A DNA stretch of 64,000 nucleotides. Origin: an uncultured Eubacteriales bacterium. Its GTDB lineage: Bacteria > Bacillota > Clostridia > HGM11514. Within the stretch, counting starts at the first letter, position 1, and each line of letters begins with the position of its first letter. The notes under the pieces are model-generated. The model was not told the DNA's origin, made no database searches, and worked only from the letters and a program-made list of their open reading frames with translations. Position numbers and translations under genes: made by a program. Positions 10,479 through 19,153 of the stretch are shown piece by piece. The stretch is from the NCBI GenBank assembly GCA_902492655.1, contig CABUMF010000005.1, positions 13,478 through 77,477 of the forward strand, written 5' to 3'.

Positions 10479-10552
10479 CGCAGTCACCACCGTTCGTAAA
10501 AAATTTTGACACAGGATTCTGCACCGTGCAACCACTCAAGTTGCACATCGTA

Positions 10553-10612
10553 ACACAAATCCCCACTGTCCCCCACAAATATGATTATAAACCATATTTA
10601 ATGATTTTTCAA
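10553..10612 (-). promoter_or_regulatory. mra operon promoter (TTGAAA-17-TATAAT) with MraZ operator (direct GTGGG repeats at 10-bp spacing)
   Basis: On the minus strand the -35 TTGAAA (10607-10612) and -10 TATAAT (10584-10589) have consensus spacing. Immediately downstream, 10553-10578 reads tGTGGGggacaGTGGGgatttGTGtt, matching the MraZ-box repeat architecture. Confidence 0.65.
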
Positions 10613-10902
10613 GTCTTTTTTTGAAAAAAACTTAAATTTTTTTTACAAACATATGTCAATGTACAATATATTGGTTTTACGAAGGGGGTTATCCACAATA
10701 AAATGTGCAATTTGCGAAAAAAATTTTTTTCCGCATTAATCGGCGGTGTAAATATTGCCAAAGTATTAAAATGTATCCAAAAGATTACCGAAATGTTACA
10801 ATAAATGAAATTTTTATAACACAATTGCAATCTTCTTGTAATATTATAACACATTGTAATCAAAAAGTAAAGTTTTTTTGTAAATAAAAATTGATTTTTT
10901 AT

Positions 10903-10930
10903 TGATTTTTTTTTATATGTATTATACAAT
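10903..10930 (+). promoter_or_regulatory. putative sigma-A promoter of glycan operon (TTGATT-16-TACAAT)
   Basis: AT-rich divergent intergenic region. The hexamers lie 38 nt upstream of the GT2 start. Confidence 0.4.
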
Positions 10931-10967
10931 ATATATAGATAAGTAAGAACATACTATACGAAATAAG

Positions 10968-11942
10968 GTGGTGCAGCTGTTGAAGCTGATAATTCAAATA
11001 CCTTGCTTTAACGAGGAGGAAACTCTTCCGGAAACCGTAGCGGACCTGCCTCGGGAAATTGACGGCATTGATGAAATTGAATATCTGATAATAAATGACG
11101 GAAGCACCGACGATACGGTCGGTGCGGCAAAAAGAAGCGGAGTTCACCATATAGTGAGCTACGCAAAAAACAAAGGGCTTGCAGGTGCGTTTATGACGGG
11201 CATTGACGCTTGCCTTAGGCTCGGAGCGGACATAATCGTGAATACCGATGCGGACAATCAGTATTGCGGTGCGGATATAGAAAAGCTTATCCGTCCGATT
11301 TTGGCGGGAGAAGCCGAAATGGTTATAGGAGAGCGTCCGATTTCGGATATTGAAGACTTTTCGCCCCTTAAAAAGAAGCTCCAAAAGCTTGGAAGCTTTG
11401 TTGTAAGAAAGGTTTCCGGCACTTCCGTTCCGGATGCTCCGAGCGGATTTCGGGCTTATACACGGGAAACCGCAATGAAGCTCAATGTTGTTTCCCGCTA
11501 CACCTATACGCTTGAAACGATAATTCAGGCAGGCGACAAAAACATAGCACTGACCTCCGTTCCGATTAAAACAAACCCCAAAATCAGGAAATCAAGGCTT
11601 TTTAAAAGCATGGGAGGCTACATCAAACGCTCAATAGGAACAATTTTCAGGATTTTCACGATGTACAAGCCCCTGAAAGTCTTTGCGGCGATAGGCGGAG
11701 TGATGTTTGCTGTCGGCGTTTTGATCGGTATTCGTTTTCTTGCGTATTATTTTGCAGGGAACGGCTCGGGGCATATTCAGTCGCTTATTTTGGCGGCAAT
11801 TCTGCTTATAATGGGATTTCAAACGCTGACCATAGGTCTTCTTGCGGATATAATTTCGGCAAACCGAAAGCTGATTGAGGATGTTCAGTACAGAGTCAGA
11901 AGGCTTGATTACGAAAAAGATAACGGAGATAAGGAAAAATGA
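10968..11942 (+). CDS. GT2 polyprenyl-phosphate glycosyltransferase (GtrB/ArnC/DPM1-like) with two C-terminal TM helices
   Basis: IPCFNEEETL..INDGSTDDT..DADNQY GT-A motifs (DxD as TDAD) with a C-terminal pair of TM helices. GTG start with AAGGTGG RBS. Confidence 0.85.
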   Translation: MVQLLKLIIQIPCFNEEETLPETVADLPREIDGIDEIEYLIINDGSTDDTVGAAKRSGVHHIVSYAKNKGLAGAFMTGIDACLRLGADIIVNTDADNQYCGADIEKLIRPILAGEAEMVIGERPISDIEDFSPLKKKLQKLGSFVVRKVSGTSVPDAPSGFRAYTRETAMKLNVVSRYTYTLETIIQAGDKNIALTSVPIKTNPKIRKSRLFKSMGGYIKRSIGTIFRIFTMYKPLKVFAAIGGVMFAVGVLIGIRFLAYYFAGNGSGHIQSLILAAILLIMGFQTLTIGLLADIISANRKLIEDVQYRVRRLDYEKDNGDKEK

Positions 11943-13057
11943 AAATAGCCTTTGACGCATACCCGATTGCCTCGCCTGCCCTGTCGGGAGTGGGCATTCA
12001 CGCATATAACATAGCACGAGGCATTGCAAATAGAGGAGAGGTTGACTGCGAGCTGCTTCTCTATGATTTTTTAAGACGGTGCGGTTCTGAAAAGATTCTC
12101 AAAAGCAGGATACCGAACACTCCGGTTTTACAGAACAATATACTTCCCTACGGAGTATATGCCGAAATCTGGAATGTGCTTCCCTTGTGCTATAACAGTC
12201 TTTTCGGCTCAAAGGCGGACATTTATCACTTTTTCAATTTTTTGGTTCCGCCGAAAGTCAAGGGCAAAATAATCAATACGGTTCACGACCTTGTTTTTTA
12301 TACATTTCCCGAAACGATGGACAAGTCCAATTACCGCAGAATGATTAAAAATGTCAGGCGGTCGTGCGAAATGTCGGACATAATAATTACGGTTTCGGAA
12401 AACAGCAAGCGTGAAATAACAAAGTATTTAAACATTCCCGAAAGTAAGATACGGGTTGTGTATAACGGCGTAAATCATGAGCTTTTCAACCGTGACGCCG
12501 ATACAAAAACCCACCTTTCGCTACCCGAGGATTACATTTTGTATATCGGTACGCTTGAGCCCCGAAAAAATCTTGTTACGCTTTTGAAGGCGTTTTCGCA
12601 AACGAAGGCGGCAAAGGACGGTGTGAAGCTTGTAATAGCCGGTGCAAAGGGCTGGGAATACAAAGAAATATACGAAAAGGCAAAAGCTCTTAATACAGAT
12701 GTTGTTTTCACAGGGTATATCCCGTCTGAGGAGCTTGCGGCACTTTACAAGGGTGCAAAAGTGTTTGCGTTTCCTTCTCTTTATGAAGGATTTGGGATTC
12801 CGCCCCTTGAGGCGATGGCGTGCGGCACGCCGGTTGTTACGACAAGCGTGTCAAGCCTACCGGAGGTTGTTGGAGATGCCGCGATTTCCATATCCGATCC
12901 TCTTTCGTCCGAGGAGCTTGCAAATGCACTCGATACACTTATATATAAGGAAGAAACAAGGGAAAAATGCATAGCCGAAGGTTTATCTCAGGCTGAAAAA
13001 TTCACTTGGGACAAATCCTGCGATACGGTTATGAAAATATACAAGGAGCTTAATTAA
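11939..13057 (+). CDS. GT4 family glycosyltransferase
   Basis: C-terminal GT-B motif EPRKNL...EGFGIPPLEAMACGTPVVTT. ATGA overlap with the upstream gene. Confidence 0.88.
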   Translation: MKIAFDAYPIASPALSGVGIHAYNIARGIANRGEVDCELLLYDFLRRCGSEKILKSRIPNTPVLQNNILPYGVYAEIWNVLPLCYNSLFGSKADIYHFFNFLVPPKVKGKIINTVHDLVFYTFPETMDKSNYRRMIKNVRRSCEMSDIIITVSENSKREITKYLNIPESKIRVVYNGVNHELFNRDADTKTHLSLPEDYILYIGTLEPRKNLVTLLKAFSQTKAAKDGVKLVIAGAKGWEYKEIYEKAKALNTDVVFTGYIPSEELAALYKGAKVFAFPSLYEGFGIPPLEAMACGTPVVTTSVSSLPEVVGDAAISISDPLSSEELANALDTLIYKEETREKCIAEGLSQAEKFTWDKSCDTVMKIYKELN

Positions 13058-13061
13058 GCAT

Positions 13062-14150
13062 ATGAAAATAGCTATAGTACATGATTGGCTGACAAATTAC
13101 GGCGGTGCCGAAAGGGTGCTGAGGAAAATCTGCGATATGTTTCCCGATGCCCCGATATACACGGTTGTTTACGATAAAGAGAGAATGGGCGAATATTTCG
13201 GCGATAAGGATATTCGAACAACATATATTCAGAAAATGCCCTTTGGAGTGAAAAAATACACATCTTATCTTCCGCTTCTTCCCGGTGCGGTGGAAAGGCT
13301 TGACCTTACGGATTTTGACCTTGTTATTTCCTCCTCCACCTGCTGTGCGAAGGGCGTAATAACAAGGGCGGACACCATTCATGTATGCTACTGCGCAACA
13401 CCGATGAGATATGCGTGGGATTTCTATTTTAAATATAAGGACTCCTGCGGCAGGCTGAAACGGGCGCTGATACCTTTTTTTATGCAAAAAATAAGGATTT
13501 GGGATGTAGTGTCGTCAAATCGTGTTGATTGGTTCATGGCAAATTCAAAAAATGTTGCAAACAGGATAAAAAAGCATTATCGCCGTGAAAGCCGAGTTGT
13601 GTATCCCTTTGCGGACACAAAGTTCTATACGCCTTCATATAAGCCGGATAAGGGATATTACCTTTGCGTTTCGAGGCTTGTGGAGTACAAAAGGCTGGAT
13701 CTTGCGGTTAAAGCGTTCGGAGAGCTGGGCATTCCTTTAGTGGTTGTGGGAGAAGGACGGGAATATTCTGCCCTTAAGGCTATGGCAAAGCCCAACATCA
13801 AATTTACGGGCAGGCTGTCAAACGAGGAGATAAAGGAATATTACAGGGGCTGTAAAGGCTTTGTTTTCCCGGGCGAGGAGGATTTCGGAATAACGCCCGT
13901 TGAAGCACAAAGCTGCGGCAGGCCGGTTATTGCCTACAAAAAGGGCGGTGCTCTCGAAACGGTAGCAGACGGCAAAACAGGGATATTTTTCTCCGAGCAG
14001 ACGGTTGAATCTCTTAAAGAAGCCGTTTTGCGTTTTGAGAAAATGTCTTTTGATACAGATGAAATAAGAAAAAATGCCGAGAGGTTTTCGGAGGAAGTTT
14101 TTGAGGAAAGCTTCCGGGCATTCATCAACGAAAAGGTGAACGATGAGTAA
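13062..14150 (+). CDS. GT4 family glycosyltransferase
   Basis: MKIAIVHDWLTNYGGAERV N-terminus and EEDFGITPVEAQSCGRPVIA GT4 motif. Confidence 0.88.
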   Translation: MKIAIVHDWLTNYGGAERVLRKICDMFPDAPIYTVVYDKERMGEYFGDKDIRTTYIQKMPFGVKKYTSYLPLLPGAVERLDLTDFDLVISSSTCCAKGVITRADTIHVCYCATPMRYAWDFYFKYKDSCGRLKRALIPFFMQKIRIWDVVSSNRVDWFMANSKNVANRIKKHYRRESRVVYPFADTKFYTPSYKPDKGYYLCVSRLVEYKRLDLAVKAFGELGIPLVVVGEGREYSALKAMAKPNIKFTGRLSNEEIKEYYRGCKGFVFPGEEDFGITPVEAQSCGRPVIAYKKGGALETVADGKTGIFFSEQTVESLKEAVLRFEKMSFDTDEIRKNAERFSEEVFEESFRAFINEKVNDE

Positions 14151-15234
14151 AAAAATTGCGCTCGATGCACTTATGCTTTCAAACCGGAGAGCTGGCATCG
14201 GTAATTATCAGTACAACTTAATAAATGCGCTGAAAGGTTTCCCGTATGAATTTGATGTTTACACAAGCGAAAGCGGAATAATTAAATCCTCGGAAAACAT
14301 TAATGTCATAACCGTCCCCGGTATAAAGACGGCAAAAAAGCGTCTGCTTTTTCAGCTTTTCGGCTTTGCGGATGCTCTAAATCGCGGAAAGTATGACATT
14401 GTTCATTTTCTGGATTATATGACGCCGCTGAAAAAAATCAATTCAAAAAGTCTTGTTACTGTTCACGATGTAGGCTTTTGCACCGGGAGAAATTATTTTA
14501 CAAAGCAGGCGACGTTTTTCAAAAAGCATCAGATGCCCAGAGTGATTAAAAATGCGGACGGCATTATCACTGTATCGGATTTTACAAAAAGCGAAATCAT
14601 AAAATACTTCCCCAAAGCGGACGAAAGCAAGATAACAACCGTTCACTTGGGGGTTGACATTGCAAACACTGAAGCCACAAAGCTTCCCGAAGGGATAAAA
14701 AAACCCTTTGTTCTGTTTGTAAGCACGGTTGAACCCCGAAAAAATATAATCTCGCTTATAAAATCAATGGAAATCCTGTGGGACAAGGGCGAGGAGGCAC
14801 AGCTTGTAATCGCAGGGAAATTCGGTTGGCTGTACGATGAAACGGTGTCATATGCAAAATGCAGCCGTCATGCGGAAAAAATCAAATTTACCGGGTTTAT
14901 AACGGACGGCGAGCTTGAAGCGCTTTATAACTTAGCCGAGGTTTTTGTGTTCCCGTCGGATTACGAAGGCTTCGGACTGCCTCCCCTTGAGGCTATGCGC
15001 AGAGGTGTTGCGACAATAAGCTCCAAAAATGCCTCTATGCCGGAGATTCTCGGGAACGGAGCGTATTTTGCAAACGGTGCAGCCGATACCTCGAAGAAAA
15101 TCAAAGCATTGCTCGGCAGCTCCGACGAAAAGGACGAGCTTATCAAAAGAGGAATTATGAGAAGCAAAAGCTTCACATGGCAGAAAACCGCAGAACAGAC
15201 GGCAAAAATCTATGAAAATTTACTTTCGGAGTGA
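14143..15234 (+). CDS. GT4 family glycosyltransferase
   Basis: EPRKNIISLIK...YEGFGLPPLEAMRRGV GT4 motif. Overlaps upstream gene by 8 nt. Confidence 0.88.
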   Translation: MSKKIALDALMLSNRRAGIGNYQYNLINALKGFPYEFDVYTSESGIIKSSENINVITVPGIKTAKKRLLFQLFGFADALNRGKYDIVHFLDYMTPLKKINSKSLVTVHDVGFCTGRNYFTKQATFFKKHQMPRVIKNADGIITVSDFTKSEIIKYFPKADESKITTVHLGVDIANTEATKLPEGIKKPFVLFVSTVEPRKNIISLIKSMEILWDKGEEAQLVIAGKFGWLYDETVSYAKCSRHAEKIKFTGFITDGELEALYNLAEVFVFPSDYEGFGLPPLEAMRRGVATISSKNASMPEILGNGAYFANGAADTSKKIKALLGSSDEKDELIKRGIMRSKSFTWQKTAEQTAKIYENLLSE

Positions 15235-15243
15235 TAAAAATAT

Positions 15244-16629
15244 ATGCAAAACAAGCTTAAACCGATAGATATTTTGGTAGTTTTACTCGATGTTTTAATC
15301 ACCGTGGCGGCATTTACCGGGGCGTATCTTCTTCGCGGAATCTATAACCCCACCGCAAAACCGCTCTTTGAAATAGGCGAATATTCATGGATTTTATGGA
15401 TATTTATTCCCACTCAATATCTTTCGTTCGCATATTTCGGGCTTTACGGTTCAAAAAAGACAAATCCTCCGCTTATCATAGCCGCTAATCTTGTAAAAGC
15501 GTTCGGAATAACCGCACTTATATCGGCAGCGGCGGTTTTCGTTATAAAAAGCGATGTTTTCAGCAGATTGATGTTCGTAATTTTTTTATGTATCGGTTTT
15601 GTCACATTGCTTATCGAACGCCTTGTGCTGAGAATATATCTGGTTCGTGCAATAAAGAATAATACATCGCAAAAAAGAGTGCTCATAGTCGGCGATACCG
15701 ACGAAAGCAAAATACTCGAAAACCTTCGTGCAAACGATGATTTGCTGGTAAATGTCATAGGATTTGTGGGAATAAACCGTGAAACAGAGCTTGGAAATGT
15801 GTCTGATATTTACAGGATAATTGTAGACAATACCGCAGACGAGGTCTATTTTGTAATAAACGAGCAGATCGGAGAATCCGTAGAAGCGGCAATCGGGATT
15901 TGTGAAAGCCTCGGAATTACAATAAAGGTTATTCTTGACCTTTTTAATCTTAAATTTTCAAAAACACAGCTCAGCTACGCAGGCAAAATGCCTATGCTGA
16001 CATTCCATACAGTTTCTCTTAACGAAGGGCAGCTTTTAATAAAGAGAATAATGGACATCATATGCTCCGTCATAGGTCTTGCAATTACGGGTGTTCTGAC
16101 GCTGTTTATTGCGCCTGCCATAAAGCTTGATTCAAAGGGACCGGTGTTCTTTTCTCAGACAAGGGTGGGCAAAAACGGCAGGAAATTCAAGATATACAAA
16201 TTCCGCACCATGCAGGAGGATGCCGAAAATCATCTTCATGAGCTTCTTGATCAAAACGAAATGAGCGGAGCAGTTTTCAAAATGGAAAACGATCCAAGAA
16301 TAACAAAGGTGGGCAGTTTTCTTCGCAAGACGAGTCTTGATGAGCTTCCCCAGTTTTTCAATATACTGAAGGGCGAAATGAGCCTTGTGGGTACTCGGCC
16401 GCCGACGGTAGGCGAGGTTGAGGAATATCAGATGTACCACAGGCGCCGCCTTTCAATAAAGCCCGGGCTTACGGGCAACTGGCAGATAAGCGGCAGAAAC
16501 AAAATTACGGATTTTGAGGACATCTACGCACTGGATATTGATTATATTGATAACTGGTCAATCGCCTTAGATATTAAAATAATACTTAAAACCTTCTCTG
16601 CGGTATTATCCCGCAGGGGTGCAGAATAA
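15244..16629 (+). CDS. polyprenyl glycosylphosphotransferase, initiating sugar transferase (WbaP/CpsE/EpsL-type, large PGT)
   Basis: N-terminal multi-TM region, a central Rossmann-like domain, and the C-terminal bacterial sugar transferase motifs ([48 protein letters not shown]). Confidence 0.9.
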   Translation: MQNKLKPIDILVVLLDVLITVAAFTGAYLLRGIYNPTAKPLFEIGEYSWILWIFIPTQYLSFAYFGLYGSKKTNPPLIIAANLVKAFGITALISAAAVFVIKSDVFSRLMFVIFLCIGFVTLLIERLVLRIYLVRAIKNNTSQKRVLIVGDTDESKILENLRANDDLLVNVIGFVGINRETELGNVSDIYRIIVDNTADEVYFVINEQIGESVEAAIGICESLGITIKVILDLFNLKFSKTQLSYAGKMPMLTFHTVSLNEGQLLIKRIMDIICSVIGLAITGVLTLFIAPAIKLDSKGPVFFSQTRVGKNGRKFKIYKFRTMQEDAENHLHELLDQNEMSGAVFKMENDPRITKVGSFLRKTSLDELPQFFNILKGEMSLVGTRPPTVGEVEEYQMYHRRRLSIKPGLTGNWQISGRNKITDFEDIYALDIDYIDNWSIALDIKIILKTFSAVLSRRGAE

Positions 16630-16638
16630 GGAGAAAAA

Positions 16639-17508
16639 ATGCCTGAAATCAGCGTAATAATACCTTCATACAACACACCCAAAGAGCACCTTGTATCGCT
16701 TTACGAATCGCTGAAAAACCAAAGCCTCGAGGATTTTGAGGTTATAATCGTCGACGATTGCTCCCAATTTGACTTTTATGAAATCATTGACGATCCTCGG
16801 TTTCGCATAGAAAGGATGCCCGAAAACGGTGGGCCGGCAAAATGCAGAAATAAAGGCGCATTGCTTTCCGTAAGCAATAAGCTTTTCTTTACGGATTCTG
16901 ACTGTCGGCTTAGGGAAAGCACTCTTTCGGAGGCGGCAAAGGGGCTTAATTCCTGCCGGGTTATAATGGGCAACACGATAACGGATGTAAAAACCCGTTT
17001 CGGGAAAGCGGTAGCATATCTCGGCTTCCCGGGGGGCGGAATAATCGGATTTGACAAGGTGTGGCGGGTTGATAAGGACGGTTTTACAAACAGCATAACA
17101 AGCTGTAATCTTGCGATAAACAAAGATTTTTTTGTAAACAGCGGTATGTTTGATACCTCATTCCCCGTTCCGGGCGGTGAAGATACATATTTCGGAAAAA
17201 AAATAGTTGCACAAAACGAAAAAATAATGTATAATAGTAAACAGGTTGTCTATCATGTTGAAAGAGGAAGCTATAAAAGCTTCGTTAAGTGGCAAAAAAC
17301 CCGAGGCAGAGGTAATTTCCATATTAAACGGAAGCTCGGCTCAATCGGCAGCTTTTATCGGCTGAGGCTGTGGTCTTTTAAGAACAGCCTTCTGGCAAGC
17401 AAAACTTACTTCCCCATTGTCGCTTATTTGATACTTGCCTCTTATGTTTATCAAAAAATCGGATACCGACAGGAAGCTGAAAACTATAATTCGGAGGTTC
17501 AAAAATGA
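16639..17508 (+). CDS. GT2 family glycosyltransferase
   Basis: [27 protein letters not shown]-terminal motifs. Confidence 0.85.
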   Translation: MPEISVIIPSYNTPKEHLVSLYESLKNQSLEDFEVIIVDDCSQFDFYEIIDDPRFRIERMPENGGPAKCRNKGALLSVSNKLFFTDSDCRLRESTLSEAAKGLNSCRVIMGNTITDVKTRFGKAVAYLGFPGGGIIGFDKVWRVDKDGFTNSITSCNLAINKDFFVNSGMFDTSFPVPGGEDTYFGKKIVAQNEKIMYNSKQVVYHVERGSYKSFVKWQKTRGRGNFHIKRKLGSIGSFYRLRLWSFKNSLLASKTYFPIVAYLILASYVYQKIGYRQEAENYNSEVQK

Positions 17509-18431
17509 GAGTATTGGTAACAGGCGGTGCAGGCTTTATCGGCTCGCACCTTTGCGAAAGATTATTGGAAATGGGTAACGAAGTCATTTGCCTCGATAAC
17601 TTTTTTACAGGCCGTAAGGAGAATATCGTAAAGCTTATGGATAATCCGTATTTCGAGGTTCTCCGTCACGATATAATAAATCCAATAGATGTAGAGGTTG
17701 ACAGAATTTATAATCTTGCCTGCCCCGCATCTCCCGTTCATTATCAGTTTAATCCCATAAGGACGGTGCAAACCAATGTTGTCGGCGCAACGAATGTTCT
17801 TGAGCTTGCAAAAAGGATAAAGGCGAGGGTTCTTCAAGCGTCCACGAGCGAGGTTTACGGCGACCCGACCGTGCATCCACAGGTTGAATCCTATTGGGGA
17901 AATGTAAACCCCATAGGCGTTCGTTCTTGCTACGATGAGGGTAAAAGATGCGCTGAAACACTCTTTTTTGACTATCATCGTCAAAGCGGAGTGGATATAA
18001 GGGTAATCAGAATTTTTAATACCTACGGTCCCAATATGCTTGAAAACGACGGCAGAGTTGTGAGCAATTTTATAGTTCAGGCTCTTTCAAATAAGGACAT
18101 CACCATTTACGGCGACGGCTCTCAGACCCGTTCGTTCTGCTATGTTGCGGATCTTGTAACCGCAATGATAAAAATGATGGATTGCGAGGATTTTACAGGG
18201 CCTGTTAATCTTGGCAACCCCAGAGAGCTGACAATTAAGGAAATCGCCGAAATGATTATAGATTTGACAGGAAGCAAATCAAAGCTTGTATATAAGCCCC
18301 TGCCAAAAGACGATCCCACAAGGCGTAAACCGAATATCACCCTTGCCAAGGAAAAGCTCGGGTGGGAACCGCAGGTTATGCTGGAGGACGGTCTTAAATC
18401 GACAATAGAATACTTCAAAAACAGAATGTAA
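17505..18431 (+). CDS. UDP-glucuronate decarboxylase (UDP-xylose synthase, UXS); short-chain dehydrogenase/epimerase fold
   Basis: [64 protein letters not shown] is the conserved UXS1-type signature. 308 aa. Confidence 0.88.
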   Translation: MRVLVTGGAGFIGSHLCERLLEMGNEVICLDNFFTGRKENIVKLMDNPYFEVLRHDIINPIDVEVDRIYNLACPASPVHYQFNPIRTVQTNVVGATNVLELAKRIKARVLQASTSEVYGDPTVHPQVESYWGNVNPIGVRSCYDEGKRCAETLFFDYHRQSGVDIRVIRIFNTYGPNMLENDGRVVSNFIVQALSNKDITIYGDGSQTRSFCYVADLVTAMIKMMDCEDFTGPVNLGNPRELTIKEIAEMIIDLTGSKSKLVYKPLPKDDPTRRKPNITLAKEKLGWEPQVMLEDGLKSTIEYFKNRM

Positions 18432-18468
18432 GATATTATGCCGATATTACGGTCGGCTTAATATATTT

Positions 18469-18542
18469 GCGCCTGTAGCTCAGTGGATAGAGCACCGGCC
18501 TCCGACGCCGGGTTGTCGTAGGTTCGATTCCTATCAGGCGTA
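18469..18542 (+). tRNA. tRNA-Arg (anticodon CCG)
   Basis: The cloverleaf could be folded by eye. It has a 7-bp acceptor stem (GCGCCTG/CAGGCGT), the D-arm GCTCAGTGGATAGAGC, and an anticodon stem-loop CCGGC-CTCCGAC-GCCGG (U33, anticodon CCG, A37). The T-arm is GTAGG-TTCGATT-CCTAT and the discriminator is A. CCA is not encoded. Confidence 0.9.
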
Positions 18543-19041
18543 TAAAAATCATCATAGCGTCAGCTATGGTGATTTTTTTATATTTAAAAGGAATCGAACC
18601 TTGAGAAGGCTTGCACCGTTTGCAAAACATTCCTGTGGATTGTTTTGTAGGTGCAAGGGGCGCAGGCGGGTACTGCTCTGCGGTCGCCAAGCCGTGAGGC
18701 TTTTATTAAAAGCCTTTTCCTATCAGGCGTATAAAAATCATCATAGCATCAGCTATGGTGATTTTTTTATATTTAAGAGGAATCGAACCTTGAGAAGGCT
18801 TGCACCGTTTGCAAAACATTCCTGTGGATTGTTTTGTAGGTGCAAGGGGCGCAGGCGGGTACTGCTCTGCGGTCGCCAAGCCGTGAGGCTTTTATTAAAA
18901 GCCTTTTCCTATCAGGCGTATAAAAATCATCATAGCATCAGCTATGGTGATTTTTTTATATTTAAGAGGAATCGAACCTTGAGAAGGCTTGCACCGTTTG
19001 CAAAACATTCCTGTGGATTGTTTTGTAGGTGCAAGGGGCGC
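18527..19041 (+). repeat. tandem direct repeat, 189-bp unit x ~2.7 copies, beginning inside the 3' end of tRNA-Arg
   Basis: Units start at 18530, 18719 and 18908 and are near-identical (2 SNPs). Each unit carries the 15-nt tRNA 3' end TTCCTATCAGGCGTA, the terminator hairpin, a 13-nt inverted copy of the tRNA T-arm (AGGAATCGAACCT), an 8-bp inverted repeat CTTGCACC...GGTGCAAG, a GC-rich stem-loop, and a terminal AGGCTTTTAttAAAAGCCT hairpin. The third copy is truncated near 19041. Confidence 0.9.
18544..18580 (+). terminator. intrinsic terminator after tRNA-Arg (first copy of the terminator carried in each 189-bp repeat)
   Basis: An 11-bp stem (ATCATCATAGC / GCTATGGTGAT, one G-U) with a 4-nt loop GTCA, followed by T7. 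An A-tract precedes it, so it is bidirectional. Confidence 0.8.
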
Positions 19042-19072
19042 GAGGATTTAGCTTGTATTTTTTATTCTCCTA

Positions 19073-19101
19073 TTGAAATACAGTTTTATTTATGATATAA
19101 T
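19073..19101 (+). promoter_or_regulatory. consensus sigma-A promoter of nuclease gene (TTGAAA-17-TATAAT)
   Basis: Perfect -35 (19073-19078) and -10 (19096-19101) hexamers with a 17-nt spacer, about 50 nt upstream of the start codon. Confidence 0.7.
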
Positions 19102-19153
19102 TTTCAGTGTTATACAAAAAACATATCTTGTTTTTGGAAAAGGCGGTACAAAT

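Noticed and set aside
10053-10535. 160-aa MraZ ORF starting at GTG 10535
   Set aside because: The first 19 codons are not MraZ-like. The canonical MFRGE... N-terminus begins at an internal TTG (10478) with its own RBS, so the feature was trimmed.
10609-11384. Minus-strand ORFs of 106 and 161 aa in the dcw/glycan divergent intergenic region
   Set aside because: They lie in AT-rich promoter DNA and GT2 antisense, have low-complexity Lys/Ile/Phe-rich translations and no RBS. They overlap the promoter elements.
18588-18665. Minus-strand tRNA or tRNA pseudogene suggested by GGAATCGAACC (reverse-complement T-loop) in each repeat
   Set aside because: No cloverleaf can be built around it: there is no acceptor stem or anticodon arm. 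It is simply an inverted 13-nt copy of the tRNA-Arg T-arm.
18527-19041. CRISPR array
   Set aside because: The repeats are 189 bp and directly abutting, with no unique spacers. There are no cas genes anywhere in the window.
18601-19095. 164-aa ORF encoding a Cys/Arg-rich 63-aa tandem-repeat peptide (LAPFAKHSCGLFCRCKGRRR...)
   Set aside because: This is an artefact of the 189-bp (63-codon) tandem repeat staying in frame. It spans terminator hairpins and tRNA-derived sequence, has no RBS, and its composition is not protein-like.
19073-19153. N-terminal extension of the nuclease ORF (MKYSFIYDIIFSVIQ...)
   Set aside because: The extension overlaps the TTGAAA-17-TATAAT promoter. A canonical signal peptide begins at the internal ATG 19154, which has an RBS.
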